The notes below the pieces were generated by a model. That model saw only the letters and a program-made list of their open reading frames with translations. It did not search any database and had not been told where the DNA came from. DNA of 64,000 nucleotides, from the NCBI RefSeq assembly GCF_020745735.1, contig NC_083420.1, forward strand, positions 75,965,465 through 76,029,464. Direction: 5' to 3'. The first letter of the stretch is position 1. The number at the start of each line of letters is the position of its first letter. Position numbers and translations under genes: made by a program. Shown here one piece after another: positions 1 to 13,109 of the stretch. Origin of the DNA: Hemiscyllium ocellatum. Lineage: Eukaryota.

Positions 1-10
1 TGGTCACTAC

Positions 11-298
11 TTTTAGATTAGACTTACAGTGTGGAAACAGGCCCTTCGGCCCAACAAGTCCACACCGACCCGCCGAAGCGCTTACCCCTACATTTACCCC
101 TTACCTAACACTACGGGCAATTTAGCTTGGCCAATTCACCTGACCTGCACATCTTTGGACTGTGGGAGGAAACCGGAAACCCATGCAGACACGGGGAGAA
201 CGTGCAATCTCCACACAGTCAGTCGCCTGAGTCGGGAATTGAACCCGGTCTACAGGCGCTGTGAGGCAGCAGTGCTAACCACTGTGCCACCGTGCCGC
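11..298 (-). mobile_element. HE1-type tRNA-derived SINE (elasmobranch)
   Basis: Reverse complement starts GCGGCACGGTGGCACAGTGGTTAGCACTGCTGCCTCACAGCGCC (tRNA-like A box), followed by a GGGTTCAATTCC B box and a (TCTAA)n-type tail. Near-identical to the copies at 6615 and 15571. Family name from recall. Confidence 0.85.
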
Positions 299-299
299 A

Positions 300-690
300 C
301 TTCCCAATGGCTCCTTCACTGCGAGGTCCCTGATCAATTCTGGTTCGTTGCACAATACCGGATCCAGAATTGCCTTCTCCCTGGTCGGCTCCAGCACCAG
401 CTGTTCTAAAAATCCATCTTGGAGGCACTTCACAAAGTCTCTTTCTTGAGGTCCAATGCCATCCTGATTCTCCCAGTCTACCTGCATGTTGAAATCCCCC
501 ATAACAACTTTGCAACAGGCCAATTTCAGCTCCTGATTCAACTTACATCCGACATCCAGACTACTGTTTGGGTGGCTGTAGATAACTCCCAAGAGGATCT
601 TTTTACCCTTAGAATTTCTCAGCTCTATCCACTGACTCTACACCCCCTGATTCTAGGTCCCCCCGCGCAAGGGACTGAATATATTAAAAA
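300..690 (-). mobile_element. CR1-type LINE ORF2 endonuclease (APE) fragment
   Basis: ORF 275..592 (-) reads VVMGDFNMQVDW...FLEQLVLEPTREKAILDPVLCNE, the CR1 APE motifs. Confidence 0.8.
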
Positions 691-699
691 TAAATAAAA

Positions 700-1270
700 C
701 AATAATTCGGCCACCTTTTGAGTATTGTGTGCTGTTTTGATCACCACATAAAAAGGAGGATGTGGAGGCTTTGGACAGCGTGAAAACAGGTTTACCAGGA
801 TGTTGCCTGGATTTGGAGAGGTTGGAAAGACTTGGATTTTTGTCAGGGGTCTTACAGCTTTATATTCAGTCTCCTGACAAAAGAAGGCAAGTATGCTATA
901 CAGATCCTTCACCACTTTCAGGGAGCTGTGAACTTGCCGCTGAAGTTCTGTGTGTACATCAATGCTGCTGAGAGCCCTTCGGTTTCGTGAATACATTCCT
1001 CTTGCAATGAGTCTCCCAAAATACATCACCTCACACTTGTCTGGATTAAAATCTGTCTCCGTATGGGTTTTCCAACTGATCTCTTTCTTGCTGTATCCTT
1101 TGACAACATTCTTCATGATTCACTTCATCAATTTGTACCATCTAGAAACTTGCTAATTAAATTGTTTACATTTCCATGCTAATCATTAATATATTTAACA
1201 GATAATAGATGTCCCAGTTCTGATCCTTGTGGAACAACACTGTCCACAGACCTCCAGCCAGCAACATGCT
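700..1270. mobile_element. CR1 RT remnant, copy 1 of a local duplication, with an internally inverted ~120 bp block
   Basis: 853-1270 (-) encodes FNPDKCEVMYFGR...HSSLKVVK. 710-830 is CR1 sequence on the opposite strand. Confidence 0.7.
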
Positions 1271-1549
1271 GTAGAAGGAACATATTTCATTTAGTCAGTC
1301 AGTCGGAAAGCATTGCAGGTATTGGTGTGGCACTGGATGTAAAAGATATTCACAATCCTGGTAAAAACACCCTGGAATAGGTGTTCAGTTCTGTGTACCC
1401 TACCTGGGGACTCCCCCAGAACCAAGTATAAAACAGGAAACATTATCTCCTGCTGTGGAAAGACAACCTGAACACAGAGCAGATTTACTTTAATGATAAT
1501 TTAACCCCTGAAGTCAAATAACTAGGATAAGTTAAGCAAGTACAAAAAA

Positions 1550-2900
1550 AAAGCATTATGGCACAGAAAGGGTCCCATCAAATCCAAGCTGGCTCTCTGT
1601 GCAGAATCCCATATTCTCATTGTCCATCTGTCCCCAAAACCCTGCAAGTTTATTTCCCTCTGATGTGATATAATTGTATTCTTTAATCATTGATCATCTC
1701 TACTTTCACCACTATTACAGGCAGCATGTTCTGTATATTTCCAGCCAATACAGTCAGTGGGAACACTTGCTCATCTCCCACTTTCTCAAAACGTTACAGC
1801 TGATCTTAAATCTTGTGCCATCCCCAATCGAATACAGTTTTTTAAAATTGTCTGTTCTATCTAGATCTGTTGTAATCTTATCCATTTTAATCGATAAAAA
1901 TATATTCAACTTGATTTCTTCAAAGAAAAAGCAATTTTTCTAAATCAATCCAGAGACTGCATTTTCTTCATCAGTGAACCACTCCACTAAGTCTATACTC
2001 CACACTCTGAAGATCCCTCATATCCTTCCTGACCAGGAATCTGTTGACCAGAATTGAATATAATGATTGACTGTAACCTAACCAGTCCAAGAAATTATTT
2101 CCATGAGTTTGTTCTCATTCCCTTTATTAATGAAGCCCAGGGTCCCATATGTTTTGATCAAAACTCATTGATTATGTCCTCTCTCCTTTAAAGGTTTGTA
2201 CACATTGTCCCCCAATCCCCCAGTCTTTATTCTTTGTGTCTGTGCCATTCAAATATATACTCCCTTTCTACATTCCTTCTCTCAAAATGCAACAACTTAC
2301 TGTGTGTTCTAAATAAAAATTAACGCATGCTCCACACATTCTATCCCCTGGAAAACAGAACAGGACAGCACCAGAATAATCGGCCCACCATGTGTGTGCG
2401 GACCATGGTGCCATTCCAAACTAATTCCATCTGCCTGTACATCATCCATATCCCTGCCAACCCACGCCTGCTTATGTGAGTGTCCAAATATCTCTTAAAT
2501 GTTGTGATTGTTTCTGCTTTTGACACCTCCCAGGAGAGTGCATTCTGGTCATCTCCCACCTTTTGCATAAGAAAATTGCCTGACACAACTCCCTTTAAAC
2601 GTTCACATGTTGGAAATGCTCAGCAGGTCTTGCAGCATCTGTGAAGAAAAAAATACGTGAATGTTTCGGGTCCATCCTCAGAAACATGAACTCTGATTTC
2701 TCTTCACAGACGCTGCCATACCTGCTCAGCATTTCCAGAAACTTCTGTTTTTGTTTCTGATTTACATCATCTGCTGTTCTTTCGGTTTTTATTTTCTTTA
2801 AATTTGCCCCCTCTCCCCTTAACTGTATGGCCTCTAGAATTTGTCATTTCCACCTTGGAAAAGATTCAGATTATTCACTCTATCTGTGCCTGTCGGTCAC
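1550..2900 (-). mobile_element. Degenerate CR1 fragments, with a Penelope-derived fold-back insert at ~2605-2800
   Basis: CR1 3' end-like text (ORF 2341..2586: TITTFKRYLDTHISRRG). Inverted arms CTCAGCAGG...GCAGCATCTGTGAAG / CTTCACAGACGCTGCC...CCTGCTCAG. Confidence 0.5.
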
Positions 2901-2929
2901 CCAGCAGCCACGGACTTTCCCAAGACATC

Positions 2930-3470
2930 AATTCAAGTTTTTCCAACCTCTCTCAATCCAGGCAATATCCTGCTAAACCTGTTTTCACCCTCTCCAAAGA
3001 CTCCACATCCTCCTTATAATGCGGTGATCAAAACGGCACAAAGGTGGCCTAACTACAGTTTTATATTCAGTCTCCTCACAAGCCTGCCATCCACCTCCTT
3101 CACCACTTTCAGGGAGCTGTGAACTTGCACCTGAAGATCTCTCTCTCTATCAAAGTTGCTTAGGGCCCTTCCATTTAGTGTATACATTCCTCTTACAATG
3201 ACCCTCCCAAAATACATCACCTCACACTTGTCTGAATTAAAATCTATCCGCATAACTTTCCAACTGATCTCGTCCTTGATGTTTCCTTTAACAACATATT
3301 TCACGATTCACAACTTCCTCACTTTGTGCCATCTACAAACTTGCTAATTAAATTGTTTACACTTTCAGGCTAATCATTGATATATTTTGCAAACAACAGA
3401 TGTCCCAGTTCTGATCCTTGTGGAACAGAGGTACTGGCCACAGCCCTCCAGCCAGCAACATGCCCCTGCA
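2930..3470 (-). mobile_element. CR1 RT remnant, copy 2 of the local duplication
   Basis: ORF 3053..3304 reads FNSDKCEVMYFGR...QVHSSLKVVK. Same boundaries as 853-1270 (TTTATATTCAGTCTCCT ... CTCCAGCCAGCAACATGC). Confidence 0.7.
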
Positions 3471-3479
3471 CAGCTGTTG

Positions 3480-6400
3480 CTGGGAGAAATATCGAAGAGG
3501 AGCCTTGAGTTCTGTGTTGAGCAGCACGACCAATGTTTATTCAGAGCTCCTTACTAGTGCATGATGGGAGAGTTCCCTCTCTGGAACGCTGTGGCTCCCC
3601 CAGCCAAGTCCAACATTTTGATGTATTTCCTTCATACGTTCCAGTAATATTTTCCCCCTGACCCGATCCCCTGGGCTCAGGATGTCAGCTGGGATGTTTA
3701 TGAGCTCCCTTTCCCAATTTCTGATTCTCTATCCTTCTGCAAATTCCCCTCTCAGCTCATGCAGTTGCTTTGCCAGTTCTTTCACAAACTCTATCCTTGT
3801 CATTGCACATCTCCAGCCCTCCCACTACCACACCCACTGGCAGCTGCATAGTCCGTCCAGTCACTAATTCAAAGGGGAACTGCCCCATTCCCTTTGCTGG
3901 GGTTGACCTCAGTTTCATTAGGTTGGTGGAGAGTACTCTAACCCATCCCTGCCTGTCTCTGTCAGGGCCTGAATCAGACTAACTATCACTGTCTGCTTCA
4001 TTCCTTCTGCTGTCCCTGAGCTCTGGGGATGGTATGGGGGATGGGATTTCTGTTCAGTACCAAACAGGGCACATAGCTGTTTAACTATATTCCCTGTAAC
4101 ATGTGTCCCTTGGTCAGAATCTGCAGGGGAATGCTTCCACCCACTGAGTAAACCTGCTTATTAAGACCCAGCAGGATTTCTTGCCCTGGTATTGGGATGG
4201 GGGTATGTGTAAAATCCATCTGTAATTGTTCCCATGGGCCCCTGGGTCCCTGCTGCTGCCTCCATTTTGTCCTGATTGCTTTCCCTGGCTCACATTGTGC
4301 ACAGACTATACCCCTTCGACAAAACCTTGCTGTATCTCTCCCTGTTTCAGGCCACCCCTGTAGTGGGTCATCTGATATTGCATTGTATCCTGCCCAAGAT
4401 GTAATAATGTTTGTCTTAAACAGTGTGGTGGCACTGCTGGATCATCCAGACTCTGTCTTGTCCCATTACTGCGCCACCCCCCCCCCCCCCTTTTTCCTAT
4501 TCCTCTTTCTCCTGTTGTGGGGCTATTTCTGGGAATGTCTCCAACCTTCCTTTCTCGCTTCTGTAGCGACTGCCACATCCCCAAATGTCTGCACTGTTTC
4601 AGTCAGTATTTCACCTGCCTTACTCACATACTCACTGCCCCATTGTTGTGCAGTTTCTACTTTCCTGTGAGCTCTAATCTTCATTATTGCTGCTTCACTG
4701 GGAAAGTTAGCTGCTTCCACTAATTCTCTGACCTGTTCCTCATGCTCGATGTGGCCCCCAGACAGGGTGATGTTCCGTCACCGAGCCCAGGCCAACACAT
4801 GGTCATGAACAATAGGCATGCTGACTGTCTGTGCATATGCTGACTCCCTGATCCCTGGCTAATGTCAGTGCTTGTGTCAGGGCTTGTGATGGTTCTACTA
4901 TTTCTGGATAATTCTCCACAAAAGTCCTCCAATAATTAAACAATCCTAAAGTTTACCTTAACCCCTTCATGGTGTGTGCGCATGGATAGTTTTAAAATCA
5001 TGGTCTTTCATTCTGCTGGGACTCTCCCCTCTCCCTTCCTGATTTGATCTCCCTGATATGATGTCCCAGGTACGTCTCTCCCTACCTTCCCAGTTGCACT
5101 CTCTGTGGCTTAATTTTAAGTCCGTCCTGGCTGACCTGACCCAATAGTCTGTTTAATATCCAGATATGTTCCTTCTCACCGACTGAGGTAATGAGGTGTT
5201 GGTAAGATCAATGTGACTAACTCCATCAGCTATACATCGATGGGATATACTGGAATATTGTGATATCCTTGAGGTAACTGGATCCAGGTGTACTGTTTTC
5301 CTTCAACAGTAAACACCAGCTTATTCTGGCATTCTGGGTACACAGGTATGGATTGGAACCCATTCACAATATCAAGAGCTGAGACTGCATCCTGTTGTGA
5401 TTTCAATACATTAAATATCGCGGCGAGGTTGGCTATTGTAGGTTATTCTTTCGTGACAGATTTATTCAGGGAGGTATAACCAACAGTGAGGTGGGATGAG
5501 CCATCTGGATTCCGTAAATTAGTCTGGGATACTATCAATCTGACTATTCCCTGCTTCTCTCAATCTGTCACTGTCATATTTATTGCCTCAGCCCCGGCTT
5601 TAATGGGATCCTGTTTGTGTGGGGAGTGAGAGGGCCCTCTATCTTTACAGGACCGACAGATAATTACGCACATTCCTGTTTGAGTTACCCACACCACTGA
5701 GAGGGTCCTAACTATAACTCCCCAGATTCCCTGACTGTCCCAGTCTCCCTGCAATGCAACTACTCTGTCGCCTCTCCTTTCCTTCCTATCTCAGCCCTGA
5801 CCAGTGCGTCCCCATTTTATATTTCGGGTCCAAACATCAATAATTGCTTCTAACTGTTCTAAAATGGCAACTCCCAGAAGTGGTCCCTTCCTCAGTTTCA
5901 CACTCCCATATCTGAATACATTTTGTCATATCCGTGATCTGCATCAGGGCAGGTTCGCTTCATCTAGCTTCCTCGGTTCCCCCTCCGACTGCTCTCTTTT
6001 TATAGTTGTGGGGATTAGGGGTAAATCCATATCCGTAACTGATGTGGATGCTCCTGTATTAACATCATGTGCTGTTGGTCCCAAACAGCACATCAAGAAA
6101 CGTTCCTGGGCTATGCATGTGCAGACGTGAACACAGGCCACACACAATGTGAACATCTATCTTCCTCTCTCTGCCTACGTTCCTTGGCTATGTCCCCTTT
6201 CCTGCTTCCCTTGTAACATTGTGGGTCTGGTTACCCTCCCTGTATTAGGGTCCCATGTCATCTTTAAAATACATCAAACCTATTTCATCATCACAGATTG
6301 GGGTTTGGTAATCACCCATGGTCCTTACACACCTCAGACTTCCTCTCTGTATGATCCTCAATATTACCCTTGGGTCCCTGATTCACCAAGGTTATTTTAG

Positions 6401-7330
6401 CCCATTCAGCCTGTCACCTCCCCGGAGTGTCCCTGTAATATCTGTAAATGCCTGGAGGCAATGATCGGCTGTGCACTTTGGGGAACTAGCTCACATCCCC
6501 ACCCTCTCATTGCAGGGACAGGTTCTGCTGTACACGTCAGGGCATCTTAGCCTGAAAGATCTTGGCCTGACATCATCTTTGGTGAGACTGTGTACCTCAA
6601 CTAATTCATCCATATTAGATTAGATTAGATTAGATTAGATTAGATTTACAGTGTGGAAACAGGCCCTTACGGCCCAACAAGTCCACACCGACCCGCCGAA
6701 GCGCAACCCACCCATACCCCTACACATACCCCTTACCTAACACTACGGGCAATTTAGCATGGCCGATTCACCTGACCGGCACATCTTTGGACGGTGGGAG
6801 GAAACCGGAGCACCCGGAGGAAACCCACGCAGACACGGGGAGAACGTGCAAACTCCACACAGTCAGTCGCCTGAGGCGGGATTTGAACCCAGGTCCCTGG
6901 CGCTGTGAGGCAGCAGTGCTAACCACTGTGCCACCGTGCCGCCCAATAAGGCCCATTATTACCATTTCTCCATTAGGCTGGGTGGTCATTCACCAACATC
7001 TGTCATTCAGACGGGTAAACGGTTCAGGTTTAGTTCCTGTCAGTTCCCTTTGTTGCTCCCTACTGTCTGTACAAGTTTGAGCTTTGATGCCGAGTGGTGC
7101 CAGAGACACTGCCTTCTGGGCCTGACAGAGCAGTGGGTCATCCCACCCATTGCCGACCCTCTGACCATACATGGGCGCTTTGTCGTCTAACCTGTTCCAG
7201 TCAGTGTCACCGTCCTCACTGCCTTCTGAGGAGAGCGGGGCACTAGGTACCTCCCCCACTGTAACTACCATCTGGCCCTTTGGTTTAAGGCCTCACGTCT
7301 GAGAGGCACCACCTTCACTTGTTCCTGTTT
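3480..7330 (-). mobile_element. Decayed endogenous retrovirus (gag zinc knuckle - protease - RT - RNase H - integrase); no LTR or env seen
   Basis: Manual minus-strand translation across stops and frameshifts. Zinc knuckle QCYKGSRKGDIAKER (~6175-6225). Protease VNTGASTSVT...LLGVAILEQLEAIID (~5860-6070). RT PHKQDPIK, ALDIVNGFQSIP...FTVEGKQYTWIQLPQGYHN, GLKIKPQRVQL...YLGHHI (~5000-5650). RNase H TDSQHAY, AIMKIRAH (~4660-4850). Integrase CAQC...GPWEQLQMDFTH, RFTQWVEAFP, DSDQGTH, HPQSSG, PFELVTGR (~3800-4320). Confidence 0.87.
6615..6943 (-). mobile_element. HE1-type SINE inserted in the ERV gag region
   Basis: Full tRNA-like head at 6943, (TTAGA)n tail at 6615-6645, near-identical to 11-298. 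Confidence 0.88.
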
Positions 7331-9189
7331 CCCATAATAATGTAACATTCCGTCATTCCTGGAATAACACAGAACAAGATGTGAATTTGGTTTGACTTGA
7401 AACATTAATAATTTGACATTCACTTTACATATCTATAGAGGTGAGAATTGTACTGTGATTATTTAAGTGAATTTAATGTAATCATACAATGGAAATAACC
7501 CTGATAATCAATGACAATGAATGAACTGAATAATATGTGATGATTTGTACCAGTTCTTGCATTGAAGATTCAACATCATTTTAATGCTTGTCACCCATTA
7601 CACCATGGGCATTATTATTAGGGAATAAAGTAATGGAAGGATATCAGAGAAAATAAATAGATTTTAATTTTAGCTTCACTGCAATAATGAACCAAAGCAA
7701 TATTTTGAAATATGGTTGAACTACATAACAATGTTTCCAGTGTCATTATTGACTTGAGAACTATTTTAGTTTGCAAATTTCTTTGCACTAAGAATAATTG
7801 GAAATGAATTATGATTATGAACTGACCATTTAAAAAATATTTTAAAGAGAATAACCAGGTATATTTTTTGGAGTAAATTAGGAATGGAAATAAATATGTA
7901 TACATTGGTATTAATAGTTTTAAAATGTTTGGAAGTTGACTGATATTATTTGATTGAGAGAGGCTGCATGATTATAAAGACTAATTCGCCTTTTTCGTTG
8001 CATTGTTGGTTTCACTAGAATCTGTTGTGGTCTGAGCTCTTGTTGTGTGCAATGGACTGTCACTGATAGCTTAATTAACCTACGAGTCTCAGTTCAGGTT
8101 TCCTTTGTCTGTAAGTCAGTCTGTAAGTGTGCGACACACCTGCCTTTCTGAGGGGAAACAGAGATTCTTTTCAAAGGAAATAAGTGGCAGTTGTCACTGA
8201 GAATGGTGTCTACCACACACCATCAACAGGGAAGGGTTTTTCCAAAGAATTCCAATCTCTATCTATAAATCTGATGGTATCTGTGTTGGTCAGTTTGTGG
8301 AGGATTCAGTCCCTTTGTTCTGAGCTGTTTTTATACAAGCAGTTGGTTCATTATGTCTTTGCCAAGAATGTTGTTTACTTTCCCCTTTTACTGTGATTCT
8401 GCGGGTTAGAATATTCTGTGAGTCAATAATGGTCACTAACTGAACATTGAGTGATTTTGACTCTAACAGAGCACTGGCCTTGTTTGCAGCTAATTATTCA
8501 CTTTTTTTATTTCCTGGTTGTGTTGAATGTTACAGAAACAGTCTCTGAGCAATGTTTCCATTCACTTGTGTTGGAGTCACTGACAGCCATGTGGTCAGTT
8601 AGCTTCAAGCTGATGGATCAGTTTCTCTGTCCTATTAGATGGTGGTCACTTGCTCAGTTTCCGATGGCTCACCTCAGTGTCAGTCCATCAGCTGCTGAAA
8701 CCCTGTATCCAGCATTTGTTCCCTCTCACCATGACGAATCCAATACAGTCCCAACTTGTCTCCCACATTCTACCTCCATATTCTCATGTTCACCTCAGAT
8801 TCTATTCACTGTGTCCTTGCAGCAAGTTGTGTAAGACACCTATTTCAGTTTTAACCTGATCTTTATTATGTTCATGAAGAAAATTTCAAAATTTGGTTCA
8901 CTGCTTTTAAACCTACCCGTGCCTTCACCCTGTCCTCCCTGCGTAGTTCCACACCTCCCTGAGGGATCTGCACTTATCCAATTCCAGCTGCGTGACAGTT
9001 TCTTATTTTATTCTCCTCCCTGTTGGTGTCTGTAGTTTCAGCTGCCTTGAACCTAAACTTGGTCATTCTCTTCCCCCATTCCCTTCAATTCTCCTCCATT
9101 CTACAGCCTCTCCTTCATTTCTACCTGTTTGATCAAGGTTTTTGTTTCCACCATTAACACTGTCCCTTTGTAGCCCGGTAACTGTCCCG

Positions 9190-9500
9190 TGGTATCATTG
9201 CTGAACTGTTCATCCAGAGCTCCAGGTAATATTCTGGGGACCCTGATTCAAATCCCATCACGACAGATGTGAAATTTGAATTCAATACAAATCTAGAATT
9301 ATAAGCCTATTGATGAAATTATTCTTAATTGTCAGGAAAAACCCATCAGAGTCGCTGATGCCCTTTAGGGAAGGAAGCTGCCATCCTTACTTGATCTGGC
9401 CTACATGTGACTCCTGACCCACACCAATGTGGTTGGCTCTTACCTGCCCTCTGGGTAATAAATGCTGCCCATAGCCAGTGGCACCTACATCCCAGTGAAT
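9190..9500 (+). mobile_element. Older tRNA-derived SINE (tentatively DeuSINE/SacSINE1-like)
   Basis: B-box-like GATTCAAATCCC then AATTTGAATTCAAT...GGGAAGGAAGCTGCCATCCTTAC...GGCCTACATGTGACTCC. A related reverse copy lies at ~37240-37500. Family name from recall only. Confidence 0.45.
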
Positions 9501-9519
9501 GAATTTTAAACAAAGCGCT

Positions 9520-9935
9520 CAGTCCTTGGATCATGTGGGAAAGAAGCAGAAGGTGACCATTCGGCCCCTCGAGCCTGTTCCATCGTTCAATAAGACCAGG
9601 CCTGATCTGTTTGTGATTTGTATTCCATCTCCCCCCAACATCCCTGAACAAGAATCTATCAACCTGTGTCTTAAAATACTCAGTGAGCCCACCTTCTGGG
9701 GCAGAGAGTTCCAAAGTTGCACTGCCCTCTGATTGGAAACAACTCTCCTCATCTCTGTCCTGAGAGGGTGAACACAATTTTAAAGCAGTTCCCTCTTGTT
9801 CAGGAATGGCCCACAAGAGGAAACTTCCTTTCCACATCCTCCTTATCAAACCATTCAGGATCTTAGACACTTCAGTGAAGTCACCCCTCACTCTCCCAAA
9901 CTCCAGCTGAAACAAACCCAGCCTGTCCAACCGAT
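9520..9935 (-). mobile_element. CR1 3' fragment
   Basis: ORF 9346..9939 reads MDRLDRLGLFQLEFGRVRGDFTEVSKILNG, the typical CR1 ORF2 C-terminus, followed by the 3' UTR. Confidence 0.75.
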
Positions 9936-10524
9936 CCACATTTTATTTCTGTCATGCCGGGTGTGAGTGGGGATGAAATGTTATGTTTATTATGCAGTAA
10001 ATGTGTTGCTTCACTCTGCAGTGTCTGAGAGTTAACATGAGCCATCCTCGCATTCCTGTCTCACTGTTGTACATATATCTTACATCACTGTCGTGTTTCC
10101 ACCTCCCTCCCTCCCTCCCTCCCTCTAACCAAAAAAGGAGAGAGATCGAGAAAATCTGTTAGAAAATTGGTTGTCACCTAAATGGTACTGAGTCTGATGG
10201 TAGAGATTGCATTGTAATTGTAGTAACCAGTTAATAAAAATTTACTGACAAGACATTTTGAGAGGGGCTGCTGTGTTGGTGGTGGCAGTGCTGCTGGTTG
10301 GGATAAGTGAGGGCAGGGGTGAACACTGGGCTTTGGTGAGAAAGGTGAGCATGGGAAAGGCAAGGTGAGATTCTTTTGTCTTCCTCAATAAGAAGAGGCA
10401 GAGATGGCAGTTCGGACAGTGTGCAGCTGTTTTAATCTTGCAGGCATTCTTTTTTTAAATATTCATTTTCTGTGATGTGAGTGTCACTGGCTTGGCCAGC
10501 ATTGAGAGCCCATCCCTCTGAATA

Positions 10525-13025
10525 GTTCCAGAGATGTAGAGGAAAGGATAGCAAAGATGATTCTCGATAGGAGTGAGAGAGACAGGGTAGTTTTCACGGG
10601 GGACTTCAACTTTCCAAATATTGGCTGGAAACACTCAAGTACCAGTACTATAGATGGGTCAGTTTTTGTCCAGTGTGTGCAGGAGGGCTTCCTGACACAG
10701 TATGTAGACAGACCAGGAAGTGGGGAAGCCATATTAGATTTGGTACTGGGTATTGAGCCCGGCCAGGTGTTAGACTTGGAAGGAGGTGAGCACTTTGGTG
10801 ATAGCGATCACAATTCTGTTGTGTTTATTTTAGTGATAGAAAGGGATAGGTGTATACCACTGGGCAAGAGTTACAGCTGGGGGAAAGGCAATTACAATGC
10901 GATTAGGCAAGGTTTAGGAAGCATAGGATGGGGAAGGAAACTGCAGGGGATGGGCACATTAGAAATGTGGAGCTTGTTCAAGGAAAGGCTCCTGTGTGTC
11001 CTAGATAAATATGTACCTGTCAGGCAGGGAGGAAGCTGTAGAGCGCAAGAGCCGTAGATTACGAAGGAAGTGGAATCTCTGGTCAAGAGGAAGGAGAAGG
11101 CTTAAGTTAGGATGAGATGTGAACGCTCAGGCAGGGCACTTGAGAGCTACATGGTAGACAGGGAAGACTGAAAGAGAGAGCTCGGCAGAGCCAGGTGGAG
11201 ACATGAGAAGTTGTTGGTGGATAGGATCACGGTAAACCCTAAGGCTTTCTATAGGTATTTAAGGAATAAAAGAATGACAAGAGTAAGATTAGGGCCAATC
11301 AAGGATAGGAGTGGGAAGTTGTGTGTGGAGTCAGAGGAGATAGGGGAAGCACTAAATGAATATTTTTCGACAGTATTCACGCTAGAAAACGACAGTGTTA
11401 TCGAGGAGATTACTGAGATACAGGCTACTTGACTAGGTGGGATTGAGGTTCACAAGGAAGAGGTATTAGAAATCCTGCAGAATGTTAAAATAGGTCTACT
11501 GGGCCTGATGGGATTTATCCTAGGATTCTCTGGGAAGCCAGGGAGGAGATTGCTGAGCCTTTGGCATTGATCTTTAAATCATCATTGTCTACAGGAATAG
11601 TGCCAGAAGACTGGAGGATAGCAAATGTGGTTCCCCTGTTCAAGAAAGGGAGTAGAGTCAACCCTGGTAATTATAGACCAGTGAGCCTTACTTCAGTTGT
11701 TGGAAAAGGTTATAAGAGATAAGATGTATAATCATCTAGAAAAGAATAATTTGATTATGGATAGTCTGCACGGTTTTGTGAAGGGTAGGTAATGCCTCAC
11801 AAACCTTATTGAGTTCTTTGAGAAGGTGACCAAACAGGTAGATGAGATTAAATTGGTTGACGTGGCATATATTGATTTCAGCAAGGCGTTTGATAAGGTT
11901 CCCCACCGTAGGCGATTGTACAAAATGCAGAGGAATGGGATTGTGGGAGATTTAGCAGTTTGGATCAGTAATTGGCTTGCTGAAAGAAGACAGAGGGTGA
12001 TGGTTGATGGGAAATGTTCATTCTAGAGTCCAGTTACCAGTCATGTACTGCAAGGGTCGGTGTTGGGTCCACTGCTGTTCGTCTTTTTTATAAACGACCT
12101 GGATGAGGGCGTAGAAGGGTGGGTTAGTAAATTTGCAGATGACACTAAGGTCAGTGGAGTTGTGAATAGGGACGAAGGATGTTGTAGTTACAGAGAGACA
12201 TAGATAAGCTGCAGAGCTGGGCAGAGAGGTGGCAAGTGGAGTTTAATGCGGACAAGTCTGAGGTGATTCACTTTGGTCAGAGTAACCAGAATGCAAAGTA
12301 CTGGACTTATGGTAAGATTCTTGGCAGTGTAGATGAGCAGAGACACCTCGGTGTCCAGGTACACAGATCCTTGAAAGTTGCCACCCAGGTTGACAGGGTT
12401 GTTAAGGAGGCATACAGTGTTTTAGCTTTTATTAATAGAGGGATCGAGTTCCGGAACCATGAGGTTATGCTACAGCTGTACAAAGCTCTGGTGCGGCTGC
12501 ACTTGGAATATTGTGTACAGTTCTGGTCACCACATTATAAGACGGATGTGGAAGCTTTGGAAAGGGTGCAGAGGGGATTTACTAGGATGTTGCCTAGTAT
12601 GGAGGGAAGGTCTTTCGAGGAAAGGTTGAGGGAAGTGATGCTGTTTTCGTTAGAGAGAAGAAGGTTGAGAGGTGACTTAATAGAGACATATAAGATAATC
12701 AGAGGGTTAGGCAGAGTGAAAGGGAGAACCTTTTTCCAAGTATGGTGATGGCGAGTATGAGGGGGCATAGCTTTAACTTTAGGAGTGATAGATATAGGAC
12801 AGATGTCAGAGGTAGTCTCGTTACTCAGAGAGTATTAAGGGGATGGAATGCTTTGCCTGCAACGGTAGTAGATTCGCCAACTTTAAGTACATTTAAGTCG
12901 TCATTGGACTAGCATATGGACGTACATGTAATAGTAGAGGTTAGATGGGCTTCAGATTGGTATGACAGGTCGGCACAACATCGAGGGCTGAAGGGCCTGT
13001 ACTGCAATGTAATGTTCTATGTTCT
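10525..13025 (+). mobile_element. 5'-truncated CR1 (HER1-like) LINE: endonuclease, RT and 3' UTR, with stops and frameshifts
   Basis: VVFTGDFNFPNIGW...HFGDSDHNSV (10557-11057), YIDFSKAFDKVPH (11826-12026), FADDTK, MEFNADKSEVIHFG...RRLRGDLIETYKII (12236-12748), tail TTCTATGTTCTA. A second short tail copy follows at 13030-13095. Confidence 0.92.
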
Positions 13026-13109
13026 AATCCTTGGCACAACGTCATAAGCTGAAGGGCCTGTTCCATGCTGTACGTTTCTATGTTCTATGTTCTGTAATTC
13101 CAGATAATC

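Noticed and set aside
7280-7330. TGGTGCC on the minus strand as the ERV primer-binding site
   Set aside because: Only 7 nt resemble a tRNA 3' complement, and no LTR end (CA) is identifiable next to it.
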